Made by a program: the position numbers and the translations under genes
DNA from: Octopus vulgaris
Taxonomy: Eukaryota
Length of the DNA stretch: 64,000 nucleotides
Assembly: GCA_951406725.2 (NCBI GenBank)
Contig: OX597821.1
Location: 21,080,001-21,144,000 of the forward strand
Direction of reading: 5' to 3'
The notes under the pieces: model-generated
Databases searched by the model: none
What the model was told of the DNA's origin: nothing
Seen by the model: the letters and a program-made list of their open reading frames with translations, nothing else
In this document: piece by piece, positions 24,222-38,389 of the stretch
Layout of the letters: each line of letters opens with the position of its first letter
How positions within the stretch are numbered: position 1 is the stretch's first letter

Positions 24222-24601
24222 GGAGCACTCCGTCGGTTACGACGATGAGGGTCCCAGCTGATACGATCAATGGAACAGCTTACTCGTGGAATTAACGTGC
24301 AAGTGGCTGAGCACTCCACAGACACGTGTACCCTTAACGTAGTTCTCGGGGATGTTCAGCGTGACACAGAGTATGACAAGGCTCGCCCTTTGAAATACAG
24401 GTACAACAGAAACAGGAAGAAAGAGTGAGAGAAAGTTGCGGTGAAAGAGTACAGCAGGGTTCACCACCACCCCCTGCAGGAGCCTCGTGAAGCTTTAGGT
24501 GTTTTCGCTCAATAAACACTCACAATGCCCGGTCTGGGAATCGAAACCGCGATCCTACGACCGCGAGTCCGCTGCCCTAACCACTGGGCCATTGCGCCTC
24601 C
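24222..24601 (-). mobile_element. tRNA-derived SINE (family A), full length
   Basis: Head GGAGGCGCAATGGCCCAGTGGTTAGGGCAGCGGACTCGCGGTCGTAGGATCGCGGTTTCGATTCCC. Confidence 0.9.
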
Positions 24602-25012
24602 ACGTGCACCGTTACTGGTTGTGTAATAGCATAAAAAACAATCAGTTTTCTATCGTGGAAGGACAGGAATCAGATGACTCTATTAGAAGGCTTTAAACCA
24701 GGCTTAGGTACCTAATTTCGAGGAGCGGGTCTCGATATATATGACTTATTACTGAACTTGCTAAATTGCTAAAAAGAAATTCAAGGTAATATTTCGAAGG
24801 TGCGTCATTCAGTATATCCCGCGGGTCGCAGTTTGCCCAGGACTCACGTAAATCTTACACCTTATCGTCCTTAGGTTTGCATTAGAAAGAAGTGTCTCGG
24901 GGGTAGATTCAGAGTTAACAGAAGTTATACACACACACACGCATACACAAACGTACACATACATACACGCACACAAGCACACACACATACAAAATACACG
25001 CGCGCGCATGGA

Positions 25013-25459
<447 letters not shown>

Positions 25460-25466
25460 GTATATA

Positions 25467-25964
25467 CAAGCAAGACGCCTCCCGTCCAATGGTCGGTGCT
25501 GAGTTGTCAAACATTTAAACCAAATTTTCTCAAAATAACTTGTCCGACCGTCCCATAGACACCATCAAAAGAAATAAATAAAGATAGACTTTTTTCTATT
25601 CCAAAAAAAACGATTTTATTCACACAAATATACAACCGAGGAGTTTAAAGTACTAGTAATGATAAGGCTGTTGACTGGGAGAACACAAATATGGTTTAAA
25701 CAGTAAGCTTGGCTTTAAGCAGTACAAAAACAACAAAAAATGGAAGGTGCAGCTATGTACAGGTTGACGGAAGAGAAGCAGAACAAAAACGGCTTCATCG
25801 ATCGCATTTTCACCTGGAATCAATTTTTGTAATTTTGTCAAAACTTTTACACGCCCTGATACCGTCAGTATCTACATATCAAATTTGAGCGCAATCGGAT
25901 AGAGGATACTCGAGATCTTAGAAGACACACTCACAGACAGACAGAACGGATTTTATATAATAGA
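25467..25964 (-). mobile_element. Non-autonomous Helitron
   Basis: 5' TCTATTATATAAAA; subterminal hairpin CCGACCATTGGACGG; degenerate 3' end CTTG|T. Confidence 0.6.
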
Positions 25965-25974
25965 CATACACATA

Positions 25975-26240
25975 TGAAGGCGAATGGCTCAGTGATTAGA
26001 GCGTTGAACTCACAATCATGAAGTAGAGAGTTCGAATCCTAGACCGAGGTGTGAGTTGTGTCCTTGAAAAGACACCTTATTTCACGTTGTTTCAGTGGCG
26101 TGGAGAAAGGATGCCAGTAAGCATGGGTAACTGCTGGTCTTCCGTAAACAACATAGCCCGGACTTGTGCCCAGGATCGGAACTTTCTAGTTGCAATACCA
26201 TTGTCGTTCATGACCGAAAGGTTTCTTTACCCTTTTTTAT
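25975..26240 (+). mobile_element. tRNA-derived SINE
   Basis: A box TGGCTCAGTG, B box GTTCGAATCC. Confidence 0.8.
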
Positions 26241-26270
26241 ATACACCTATATGTGAATATGTACACACTT

Positions 26271-26338
<68 letters not shown>

Positions 26339-26345
26339 ATGTATA

Positions 26346-27184
26346 CGAGGATAAGGCAAAAAGTATATGCAATCTTGTTTCAGTAATCTATCAAATCAAA
26401 AAGCAGGATTTGAACAATTATACCATTTTTTCGGATTAGCCTCCTTGCTTTTCGATGCACTTTTTCTAGCCGTCCACAAACCTGCTTATTCCATCGGAGA
26501 AGAAGGTTTCTCGGTTCCCGCCATTCATCTTCCCTAGCAAATCGCCGACCTCGTAAATGAAGTGTGAGTGGTTCAATGATAATTGAAAGAACAACATATG
26601 GATTGCATCCCAGCAATTTGAAACCCAAGTCATCAATGGTTTCAACGGGGGTAGGTGGCCATATGTGGGTGTGCATTGTCATGCAACAATAACACTTGAT
26701 TTGAAAACAGACCTTGACGTTCGGTGCGAATTGCTGGTATCAAATGGCCAGCATTTCACTGTAGCATACACTGGTGACTGCAGACCCCTTATTACAAATA
26801 ATGTTCCAGTATAGGTTCGCTCTTTGCGTCCGCAAAAAAAACAAACTGACAGCGTCAATATTTCCACTGTTTCTAATTCCTTTTTTGTTGGCCATTCCGA
26901 GTGTCCCCTATCCATACTTTACCCATTTGGATGCTGGCTCAATTCTTATCTCCTATAAAGTATCTCTCCAATAACGAGTCGCTTTCATCATTGCAGTGGT
27001 CGAGTAAGCGTTGACATATACTCACACAATTGCACCTGTGCGCTTCGATAAGCTCTCTTGGTAGCCATCTCACACAAAGTTTACAGATTCGATAGCTTGT
27101 CGTGGAAGAATGCGTTTGCAGAGCCGTCATCAATTTTGTAAAAAAATTGCGACCTCATAGATGGTAAGTCGTCGGTTGGCCAGA
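26346..27184 (-). mobile_element. mariner (DD34D-type) transposase pseudogene
   Basis: KLCVRWLPRELIEAHRCNCVSICQRLL..YFIGDK (WVPxxL and TGDE-like motifs); HLRGRRF; TIR CGAGGATAAGGCAAAAAGT after TA. Confidence 0.8.
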
Positions 27185-27869
27185 ACCATCCCTATCGCTA
27201 GTGGCAGTGTTTGTGGTGTTTGAGGATCCGATAACAGTACTGTCAGTGTTAGTATTTGCTTTAACGGTAGTGGTGGTGTTGGTGATGTTGTTGTTATTGT
27301 TGTAGCTGTTGTTCTTGTTCTTGTATTTGGTGGTGATGGTGCTGCAACTGTTACTGCCAGTAGTGATAGCGATAGTGATGTTGGTGCTCTTGGTGATCGT
27401 GTTAGTTGCGCTGGCGGTGTACGGTCTTTGAGAATAGAAGATATGCATCGCCAACAGCTGGTCTGCCAAGATAGACTTTACCTAGGACTATCAGGCAGAG
27501 AGGGAATTACTAAATGTAAATGAGTTTCCAAGGACAGAAACATGTGCAGATTATACATTATGGACAAACACTTTGTGTGTATATGTGTGTGTGTGTTTGT
27601 TTGGCTGTCTATGGATCCGTGTGTGTGCGTGCTTTTGCGAGCTTTTGCGTGTATTTGTGTGGGTGGGTGCATATGTGTCTGTGTGTTTATGTGTGTGCCT
27701 GTGTGCGCATGAGTAAAAATGGATAGATGGACAGGCATAGATTTAGTCATCCATTTCCATATTTATAAAGATAGCCTAATTAATACATCTCTCATAATTA
27801 ATGTCTGGTAACCTATTGTTAGAAATACTGTTCATGTAATCTTTCTGGAATTTTTTAACTTTGCAATGC

Positions 27870-28375
27870 TGGAGTGATGTTGGTTGTGGAAGTGTTTGTA
27901 GCTGTGATAATAGTGATTATGATGATGTTCGTTGTGGTCACAGTGGCGTAAATATTAATGTTGTTAATGGTGGTAGTAATGGTGGTGTTGGTGGTGCTTC
28001 TGCTGCTATGCTGGAGTTATGGTGCTGACGGTAGTGGTGGTGTGTTTGCGTTCATATTAAAAGCAGCGGTGGTATTGGTGGTGATAGGGGTTGATATATT
28101 AATGTTGAGGTTAGTGCTGTTGTCGGTGGTAGTTATAGTGGTGATTGTGGCGATAGTGTAATAGTGTTTGTGGTTGTGATAATGGTGGTGGTAATGTTGT
28201 TGTGACGTTAGTGATTATGGTGGTGGAGATAATGATGGTGGTGGTTATACTTCTAGTGGTGTTCGTGATTATGATAACGGTGGTGATGGTGGTGATGGTT
28301 GTTATAATCCTTGTGATGGTAAAGGTGGTGGAGGGGGCGTGTCTGTGATGGTTTTAGTTGCGGTGGCCGTAGTAG
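27870..28375. repeat. (GGT/GAT/GTT)n low-complexity tract
   Basis: Direct reading; a similar tract lies at 27200-27420. Confidence 0.85.
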
Positions 28376-28424
28376 ATAGGCTATAAATATATTTGTTTTA
28401 TGTTATCGATAATATAGAAATATC

Positions 28425-28705
28425 ACTAGTACCTGTTCTTTGATATCGTAGAAATAAAATGGGTAAATGTAGCATAGATATGCGTTCAACGCATGTTCTT
28501 TGATGTAACATGATTAATACGGTAACCTGCATACAATTTCCAATAAAGAACATAGAATACAACAAACCTTCTGTATATGTGATATACTTCATTATAGTTT
28601 TTATCTATTTTCTCACTTCTCTATTAAATGAAAGCCAGCCGTTTGCCGCCATTCTATGGAAATTATTATGTAACGTTGAAGATGAATTAAGAAGAAAAAA
28701 ATGTA
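28425..28705 (-). pseudogene. Decayed paralogous exon, copy D (5'-truncated)
   Basis: FIFNVT..NGGKRLAFI**RSEKIDKNYNEVYHI..FFIGN..YFYDIKE; homologous to copies C and E. Confidence 0.55.
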
Positions 28706-29429
28706 GATCTAGAGGGCTCGGTGATGAATTACATGTTGCGAAATTTGTTTACAACCAATCAACTCCCTAACGTTGAGGAAGAAGAAAACAATGAAAACAA
28801 GGAATAGGTGAAAGTTTTAGAGATCTTTGGGAGGATGGAAACGGAAACCTTGTTTTAATATTCTTGATGAAGCTAATGGAGATGTGAAACTCGAAAAATC
28901 ATCTCTACTAAGGTGCAGCTTTAAATAAATTCATATATACATATTTGTATGTGTATGTGTGAGAGAGGAAGAGAATGTACGTATGTATTTATGTACGTGT
29001 TTTATTTATAGATATTTTTCTTGCTCCTTGATGTTGTCTTTTATTTCTGCGTGTTTCTACCTACTTACTTACAAAGTGACGACGTTCTTTTGTTCAAACG
29101 AAACATCAATTTGTATTTGGAGTTATCTGAATTGGTTGATATCTTCTATCCATGCAGTAGGTGTTGAGCCACTTTCATCTACAAGCATGTGTGTTTCATT
29201 GTTATTTGTGAGTGAATGTTTTTTTGTATCCAATACGTACGTGTGCTTGAATGTTTGTGCTCATCCCAACAAACGTAAATGGAGAATCACTGAAATGTGC
29301 GATAGTTTACTTTACTCAACGTTGGATAAATCCGGCGATTTTAGGCTTTCCTATAAGTCTCTTAATATGGAGCCCAGTGCACATGTGATAACTGGTACAC
29401 TGAAAATGCACCTCTCGAAAATATAAATC

Positions 29430-29960
29430 TCCGTCAAATTCTCGACAGATATTTTTCTTTTTCCAAATTTTGAAAAAACATTTGCATCCGCTGGAAATCT
29501 GATCTCTACAATATTCCATGAATTTCGGTTTCTGTCTCGCCGAACAATATCTTGTCGTATTCTGCGTTCAGCAGCTTGTAGCTATTATTTGAATATTGCT
29601 GATGTACTTTACTTCTAACTGTACGTTACGACTCACATGTACCGTTGGGATGACCATGAAAACAATTTTCTTGTACATAGCACTGAAACAGTTAAAGCGA
29701 AGACAGCACACCATATTCAACGGTAACATTTTCCTGAATTTCTGAACAACAGCTGCTGATGATACAACTGAGAGGAATAAAGTTTGAGATTTTTGAGACA
29801 ATTCTAATAATCAAGATCTTTCACATCGTTTATTATTTTCGTGATGGGTCTCTGAAGTCTTCAAATATTTTCCTTCGTTTAGGAAGACCACAGAGGACAA
29901 CAGTGTTCAAGTTGAAGACGGGTGGAAGAGCATAGGAGTAGAGTAATAGTAGTTCTGTAT
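29430..29960 (-). mobile_element. CR1-group LINE 3' remnant, paralogous to 21541-22240
   Basis: LQLEHCCPLWSS..QRPITKIINDVKDLDY*NCLKNLKLYS. Confidence 0.75.
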
Positions 29961-30169
29961 GAATGTATGCATGCGTATGTGTATCTGTATTTATTTAGGC
30001 CAGATTGTGTATTGGCAGAACTAACTTTCGCTTTCATCAAAATACTGCGAGAACCTTACACCAGTGCCCTTATCAGTATAAATCAGCTAGTTACTAGTTG
30101 AAACATGTGTTTCATAAAAAATAACCGCTGTAGGGATCGATGGTAAATGTCTGATTCGAATTTTGACAC

Positions 30170-30340
30170 AGAGGAAATTACATCGACACCCGTGTTCAAC
30201 TGGTCATTATTTTATCCACCACGAAAGAACGAAAGACAAAGTCTACCTCGGCAGAATTTGAACTTAGAACTGTAAGTCGGAAGAAATGCTGCTAAGCCAT
30301 TTTCCCGACACAGCAACGATACTACCAGTTCACCGTCTCT
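30170..30340 (-). mobile_element. SINE family B, degenerate
   Basis: AAAGTCTACCTCGGCAGAATTTGAAC core. Confidence 0.7.
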
Positions 30341-30570
30341 ATTAAGGTTAAATATTAACTACACCAAACATTTCATATTCTTTTTTATAACAAGGCAATA
30401 AAAATAGCTATCGGCCTCATTTTGTTTGAATAAAAAGTTGGAATTTATTAATGACTGGAAAATGGATTATTTTAAAATATACTTCTACTTGACATCAAAT
30501 CTAAAGTCTAAAGTAAAAAAAATTCATAAATATGTAAAAAGTTTCATTAGTATGTAAAAAAGTTTCATTA

Positions 30571-30732
30571 GGCGCAGGAGTGGCTGTGTGGTAAGTAGCT
30601 TGCTAACCAACCACATGGTTCCGGGTTCAGTCCCACTGCGTGGCATCTTGTGCAAGTGTCTTCTACTACAGCCCCGGGCCGACCAATGCCTTGTGAGTGG
30701 ATTTGGTAGACGGAAACTGAAAGAAGCCTGTC

Positions 30733-30800
<68 letters not shown>

Positions 30801-31010
30801 CTGTGTGTTTGTGTGTCTGTGTTTGTCCCCCTAGCATTGCTTGACAACCGATGCTGGTGTGTTTACGTCGCCGTCACTTAGCGGTTCGGCAAAAGAGACC
30901 GATAGAATAAGTACTAGGCTTACAAAGAATAAGTCTCGGGGTCGATTTGCTCGACTAAAGGCGGTGCTCCAGCATAGCCGGAGTCAAATGACTGAAACAA
31001 GTAAAAGAGA
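30571..31010 (+). mobile_element. tRNA-derived SINE (family C), full length, with internal (TA)n(TG)n
   Basis: Head GGAGTGGCTGTGTGGTAAG..GGTTCAGTCCC; near-identical to 35397-35813. Confidence 0.9.
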
Positions 31011-31392
31011 GTATGTATGTTCTAAACTTTAGTTAGCGTTGCATACCCTAACAGTAATGTACCTATATGTAGCTATTTGTGTATATTTTAAGTTAGGATA
31101 GCTATGATATGCAACGCATGCATACATACATACATTCATAATACATACATACATACATATATACATACATTCATACATGCATAAAATATGAGAGAAAGAA
31201 ACAGTAAAGGAATTCACAAAACTATTTATTATTCATTACGGTCGTTTCGACCCATTGTGCATCGGTGCTGTACGAGTGATTGTAGTATATCGATGGTGTC
31301 GGTGTGTCTTTTAAGGTGACTTGTCAAATGTCGCCTCTTTCTTAAAGTGTATAAATTGCATACTAAAAGGGTTATGCCAAAACTTAAAATTA

Positions 31393-31441
<49 letters not shown>

Positions 31442-31514
31442 CATACATAATACATACATACATAATACATACATACCTACATACATACATACACAATACA
31501 TACATACATACTTA

Positions 31515-32113
31515 GTACCAGTGAAGGTCACACTAAAATGTAAACACAACCGACCTGATATAATGATTGGGATGGAGAAAAGAAACTATGCAGAGTTATG
31601 GAAATTAGCTACCCAGCGGATGTTAACATAAAGCTGAAGATCACCTATGCTGAACTATTGAGAAATATGTAGACGCTATCCAGATTACAAGTTCAGGTTT
31701 ATACCTGTAATTACTGAGACCCTGGGATATGTAGCACACTGCCTAAATACCAGTCTTGTTAAATTAGGCTTCTCAAAACCAAATATGAGAAAGGTAATTC
31801 TAAGACTATAGATCCAATCCATCACTGGAACTGTGAAGATCTGTAAAACTTTCCAGAGGTTTATCACTTAAATATATATGAGCATGTCTAGATATGCAAC
31901 TATATTCATGAGGATAAATACATAAAGCATACAAATCTGCATATATATGCATACATATATGCATACATATATGCATACATACATGCATACATACATACAA
32001 ACAAATGTACCCTGTTGTTGATGTTGAAATTCCAATGAAGAAACTTTGGATCTAGGTTAGAAACCGGTTTATTTCTCTTTTGGCAAGAAATCTTGAAATA
32101 AACTGAAGAATGA
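31515..32113 (+). mobile_element. R4-like non-LTR retrotransposon 3' end in (TACA)n
   Basis: CKHNRPDIMI..EISYPADVN..YPDYKFRFIPVI..LG..SITGTVKICKTF; (CATA)n tail. Confidence 0.8.
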
Positions 32114-32139
32114 CATACATACATACATACATAGACATT

Positions 32140-32428
32140 ACCTATCCTACTGTCGTGAATATCTTTTTGAAAATCAAAGAGAAAGGAGATAACTATAGAT
32201 AAATGCTTCTGAACTTCCAGCTATATATCCAGATCACAAATTTTACATTCATAACAATGATAATTGGAGCATATGGTTTAGCAATTGGTTTGGTAAGTAT
32301 ATACCAAACTGTCAGTTTGGATAAGCTTGTATTTTCAAAAGAGAGAAACCAGCCGACTGATACGGACATTACCAATATAGTCTGTAAGCGGAACAATAAA
32401 ACTATGCAAGGCATTTCTCAGTTTTTAA
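32140..32428 (+). mobile_element. Older second R4-like 3' remnant
   Basis: VNIFLKIKEKGDNY..YPDHKF..IIGAYG..SVSGTIKLCKAFLSF*. Confidence 0.65.
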
Positions 32429-33014
32429 ATAGGACATTATTTTTGTTATCCACAATCCAAGATGGAGATTCGTATCATTGATAGAAACCAGCTCTTTCTT
32501 TGGAGGAAGAATTTAAATTATTAAATGAAGAAGTGGCATGCCTACATACATACATACACACATATATGTGTTTGTAATATGGACATATTGGAATATATTT
32601 CTGAAATATAAATAAATGAATAAATAAATGCATGTATGTGTGAGCGCGTATGCTTATATATATATGTATGTGTGTGTGTGTGCGCGCATATGTGTATGTA
32701 AATGGGCATAGTTCGATAGATATTGAAATGGTCACCCGTGCTCGATATACAAAGCTAAGGTAGTTGCTGGTGACCTATTACAACAAATAATCCCAGTTCG
32801 ATATTTCTAAAATTGAAAAAATGATATTGATCGTGTCTTCCGTGGTCGTCTTGACTCTATTAGTCGTTCTAGCTCTAGTATTAGTTGCAATGAGGAGAGA
32901 TATAGTGGTGATGTTGACCATTGGAAATAGCATATAAATCTATTTGTTGTAATGCTTTCCATAATATAGAAATGTCTTTGAAACACGTTCTTTGATACCA
33001 TAAAAATATTATTG

Positions 33015-33471
33015 GTTCACGTTCTCAGATATCGTAGAAATATAAATGGATAAATGTTATTTGATAGCACAGATACACGATTGGTTCATGTTCTTTGATG
33101 TAAAATGATTACCTCTGTGTGCTGCATGTAATTTCCAATAAAGAACGATTAATACCACACACGGAATGTATATGATATCCTTCATTAGAGTTTTTATCTA
33201 TTTTCTCGCGTATGTATCAAATGAAAGCCAAGCTTGTGCCGCCATTGCAGTCGACACGTCTAAAGTTAAAGCTAAATTAAGAAGACATTGGCAGCGGAAA
33301 AAAATAGTAATGTTTCAAACAGATCAATTCCAATCCACATTAAAGCAGCTGGAGATAATCAACGTATGTTTAATTTGCAGTCTAAAAGTAATTTCGACAT
33401 TTTGGAATCTCAAAATATCTTATATAGTAAAAATAGCAAATAGATATCGCTGAGAACTGTAGTCGGGTTTT
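33015..33471 (-). pseudogene. Decayed paralogous exon, copy E (possibly galectin-like)
   Basis: Acceptor TTTTTCCAG|AAAACCCGAC; DILRFQNVEITFRLQIKHTLIISSCFNVDW..FSFNFRRVDCNGGTSLAFI*YIREKIDKNSNEGYHIHSVC. Confidence 0.65.
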
Positions 33472-33688
33472 CTGGAAAAAAATTTGACTTTTCAATGATT
33501 GTTTTATGACTAGTTTTCGTAGAAATATCGACCGAAACGTCCATACTTTAAGCAAAAAGAGAAATGTGGTGAGTAGAAAATAACATTTAAGGGCCGTGTG
33601 AATGAAAAATATTATATTAAATATTCCTGAAAAGAAACTCGGAATAGCATCAGACGTGAAGCTCATTTTATGTATATATATATATATA

Positions 33689-33960
33689 CAGGGGTTGGAC
33701 AAACTAATGGAAACACCTTAACATTTCAAATAAATTTATTTTAATATGGGTAGGGCTGCCTTTGGCAGTAATTACAGCTTGAATTCTACGAGGTATAGAC
33801 TCGTAAAAAATTTTGAAATTTTTCCAAAGGAATTTTAGTCTTTTCTTCAGCTAAAACAGTATCCAGTTATTATAGTGATCGTGGTGGAGTATATCGACTC
33901 CTTACTTTTTTCCTAAAATGCACCATAAATGTTCCGAGAGTAGGGAGTTCGGGGAATAGG
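33689..33960 (-). mobile_element. Tc1-like transposon terminal remnant
   Basis: TA|CAGGGGTTGGACAAACTAATGGAAACAC TIR; C-terminus SIPRRIQAVITAKGSPTPY*. Confidence 0.75.
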
Positions 33961-34624
33961 GAGGATAGCTCTTTCTGGTGAAGGGGACCAGGATATCTCG
34001 TAACTATACTGTTGTATATTCTGTCTATGAGGCTATGTAGGTATGCATGCATACGTACATAGACATAATCAAACACACACACACTTATATGTGTGAAAAT
34101 ATGTTGACTTCTGTATGAAATGAAGTTTCCACTTTATGAAATATATAACATATAAAACATACACGTGTTACACAACTACATATGCATGTATGAGCGTATG
34201 TACGTGTGTTTATACGTATGTACATGTGCATACTTATGTATGTGTATGTGTATATGTGTATTTTATTTATTTATTTTATCTAGTTTCAGCTCACGAGCTG
34301 TAGCCATGCTGGGGCATCGCCGTATATATATGAACATAATGATCTCAAATTTCGGCGCAGGGTCTGCAACTTGGATTCAGGGCGAATCGGCAACATCGCT
34401 ATCAATAATTGACTCCTGCTTATTCTATCGTCCCCAAATGGATTGAAGGACAAAGCTGACTTCAGCACAATTAGAACTCAGAATGTAAAGACAAGTGAAA
34501 TCCTGCTAAGCATTTTGCTCTGCCTGCTATCAGCGACGTGTATGTATGTATGTAAGTATGTAAGTATGTATGCACATGTGTATAAATATATATATATACA
34601 TATTTATACACACACACCCATGCG

Positions 34625-34798
<174 letters not shown>

Positions 34799-35267
34799 TA
34801 GATATGTATGTATGTATATACATATTATATAACTGAGTAAGATTACTATTCTCAACTAAGGCAGCTTCGAATTATAATAAAGAATGTATGTACATATATG
34901 TGTGTGTGCTTATGTGTGTTCGTTTAGAATTTGCATATGCGTTCTTCGTCTGTGTCCCAACGCGTGTACATATAAATATAGATAGATCGATAATTATTTA
35001 TAGCCACAGCTTTTTATAGTCCCCCATCCTTGAAAGCGAAAGCTTACTGTTTCTACATAATTAGCAGTTGGTAACCTGTTGGTAAAAATATTTCTGGAAT
35101 AACTACGAAATCAGTTTTATTTTATTCCATTTTCTGTGGCATCTTTTGAAATGTTGATATGGCTGGAAAAGTACTATAAACGTATTTGTTTTATGTTTTC
35201 TGTAACGTTAGCGCATCACCATTAAAATACACATATGTTTCATGTTATTTAGGACCAAAAAATATGA

Positions 35268-35390
35268 TTGGCACATGTTCTTTGATATCATTCAAATAAA
35301 ATGGGTAAACACATTTTGGTAGCATAGATATGTGTCCTGGATTCATGTTCTTTGATGCAAAATGATTAACCGTGTTATTTTGGATGAAAT
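35268..35390 (-). pseudogene. Decayed paralogous exon, copy F (3' part only; abuts a SINE)
   Basis: TGTTCTTTGATATC..AAATAAAATGGGTAAA..GTAGCATAGATATG..CATGTTCTTTGATG shared with copies D and E. Confidence 0.55.
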
Positions 35391-35396
35391 ATGATT

Positions 35397-35813
35397 ATGC
35401 AGGAGTGGCTGTGTGGTAAGTAGCTTGTTTACCAACCACATGGTTCCGGGTTCAGTCCCACTGCGTGGCATCTTGGGCAAGTGTCTTCTGCTATAGCCCC
35501 GGGCCGACCAATGCCTTGTGAGTGGATTTGGTAGACGGAAACTGAAAGAAGCCTGTCGTGTATATGTATATATGTGTATGTATGTATGTATGTGTGTGTG
35601 TGTGTGTGTGTGTGTTTGTGTGTCTGTGTTTGTCCCCTTAGCATTGCTTGACAACCGATGCTGGTGTGTTTACGTCGCCGTCACTTAGCGGTTCGGCAAA
35701 AGAGACCGATAGAATAAGTACTGGGCTTACAAAGAATAAGTCCCGGGTCGACTACAGGCGGTGCTCCAGCCTGACCGCAGTCAAATGACTGAAACAAGTA
35801 AAAGAGTAAAAGA
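35397..35813 (+). mobile_element. tRNA-derived SINE (family C), full length
   Basis: As 30571-31010. Confidence 0.9.
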
Positions 35814-35920
35814 GTATATATGATATATAGATATATGTGAATGTGTGTATCAGCATGAGTTATATATGCATAAGGTATATATATGCTTGTTTTTTTTTCG
35901 TATGGGGGCGTATGTAGGAG

Positions 35921-36002
<82 letters not shown>

Positions 36003-36403
36003 CGTATAATATAATATAGAAATGTGTGTATTCGCTTTTCACTTGAAAACGGCTTCACCAATTACGTCCATAGTTGTGATACAAGAATAATTTGAACGCG
36101 GACATAATTCATTCGATTGTTTTTTGAAGACAAAATATTGCTTTATAGTTATGATTCACTTCTTTAAAAAGGTTTCTCAATGTCAACCTCCGGTTTTGAG
36201 GTAAAAATGGCGAGGTCTCTCACTGTCTATTTTAACGTTCTCTATTTGTAAACAGCAACGATAAATTACTGAAGGAAATATTTACAAAGTTTACAAATCT
36301 AAATATTCATTACAAGATTGTTTTTAACGTGCCTTTATTTATACGATTTTTTTCATGCCCCCTTTATCTCATTCACTCTTTGCAATGTTCTCTCTCTCTC
36401 TCC

Positions 36404-36464
<61 letters not shown>

Positions 36465-36710
36465 GTACACACACTCTCTCTCTCCTGGTTTGATTTCGTT
36501 CCGAACTTGCACACTTCGTTAATTTCCGTAAATATTTATATATTTCCTTTTTGCTCGTCGTGTTCAGCTCTATGTATTTGTAGTCAGTTACACACGCACA
36601 CGTGTGTTTTTGTATGTAGGTTTATATACATTTATGCATATGAATGAGCCGCTGTGTGTGTGTGACTGAAGGGCTGTGTTTTCATGTGAATGTACATACA
36701 TAAATACATA

Positions 36711-36928
36711 TACATTATTTACATTATTTACATTTGACGGATATTTATACTTATCTTGTTTGTTGTTAACACAACGTTTCGGCTGATATACACTCCAGCC
36801 TTCATCTGGTGTCTTGGGGAAATTTCAAACCTGGATTCTCACTCATTAACAACAAACAAGACGAGGACAAATATCCGTCAGATGTAAATAATGTATATAA
36901 TTCCTCATCTCTTAAATATAGAACTGTA
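36711..36928. mobile_element. Fold-back copy of the hammerhead SINE (3' part)
   Basis: Homologous to 57845-57976; inverted arms 36720-36769 / 36846-36895. Confidence 0.8.
36768..36813 (-). ncRNA. Minimal hammerhead motif with one core mutation
   Basis: GACAC-CAGATGA-A-GGCTG...CAGCC-GAAAC-GTT-GTGTT. Confidence 0.7.
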
Positions 36929-36963
36929 TTATAAATACATATGCATACACCTTTTTCTATGTA

Positions 36964-37011
<48 letters not shown>

Positions 37012-37280
37012 TAACGTCTAAGTGACACTTTCTGTCTTTCTCTCTTTCAGACACATAGGCACACATATGTACAAGAAATATGTATCTATGTATGTACGTA
37101 TACATGGCAACACACCCCTTCAATCGCTTTCTCTGTCTCTCTCTCTCATACACACACACGTCCATTTCATCATATGTTTCATACTGTATGCATATGTATC
37201 TATGTGTGGGTGTGTTCGTGTGTGTGTATATGTGTGTATGCGTGCATGCGTGCGACGTTCTACAATCGCCAGAAAAAAGC

Positions 37281-37396
37281 AGAGGAATTTTCTTTCTTGA
37301 TGCTCCTGGGGGCACAGGTAAAACATCTGTAATATTGCTTTTCTTCAAGTTAAGGTAACAAAAGAGAATTGCAGTTGCTGTACCATTGTCTGGCTT
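37281..37396 (+). mobile_element. Helitron/Pif1 helicase fragment (Walker A)
   Basis: GIFFLDAPGGTGKT..KRIAVAV..SG. Confidence 0.75.
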
Positions 37397-38347
37397 TGTT
37401 GGAAGTTGAACTCAGGACGTAATGACGGAGGAAATGCCACATTTTCCCAGTGCGCTATTAATTCTGCCAGCTTCATGTTATATCTCTTCACACACATTTT
37501 TTTTCCTTGGTGATTAACAAAAGGAACTATCCATTTCTTACTTTTTATTCTTTTCTACTTGTCACAATAATGGGAATGCGACCACACTGGGGCACCAACT
37601 TGATGGATTTTAGTCGCACAAAATGACCGTAAAACATATTTTTAAAAAGCTTTACTCGTATTCTGTAACTTTATGAAGATGTAAACAAACGAAAACGGTG
37701 GCGAGGTAAATACAAAGAGGGATGCATACAAAACACGCAAATACACGTATTTGCTTAATGAACCACGCAGTAGGATTGAACTCGAATGTATGTGGCTGAG
37801 AAACAAATTCGTGAACAACACAGCCATGCATATATTAGACATTTCACACAATTGTACCTCAAAGTAGCGAATTTCTACTTCAAAATATTATAATACATCC
37901 ATTTCAAATACTTCATAGCCGTATTTTTTAAAATAAAATTCTATATTTTCAAAGTAACACATATTTTAATATATATTTTTAAGATATCTTCTTCCTCATC
38001 GCATAATATTTAACGATAAGTTCTGATCACTTCATGGAATTGCTGAAATACCTGTAGATAACCGTTACTTCGTATTCAAAGGTCATTTTGTTTTCTTAAA
38101 TATCACCAACTGCGATTTTAATCTAATCTCTTTGCAATAGACATCACTAATTTAATAACATTTCTTGGGCTTGTTAATTTACAAAATAACCATAACATTT
38201 TTTATGACACCATAATTTTACGCTACCATATTTCATTTAACCTAATTTATAGAAAAATATTAACTGTATTTTATCTGTCTAACGAGTCTATCATGTTATA
38301 TAAGAAATATGTTTCAGAATATGTATGTATGCACGCGTGAGTGTATG

Positions 38348-38389
<42 letters not shown>

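Noticed and set aside
27155-28161. Thr/Asn-rich and Val-rich ORFs resembling mucin or transmembrane proteins
   Set aside because: Products of (GGT/GTT/GAT)n low-complexity DNA.
33100-33190. Minus-strand frame IYIPCVVLIVLYWKL resembling GPCR TM5
   Set aside because: The frame is not maintained in the paralogous copies and no other GPCR helices are present.
33166-33453. Plus-strand ORF with a signal-peptide-like start (MISFIRVFIYFL..), echoed at 20.9, 23.9 and 28.6 kb
   Set aside because: Its start is the codon-aligned antisense of the minus-strand frame; third-position changes and the conserved acceptor favour the minus strand.
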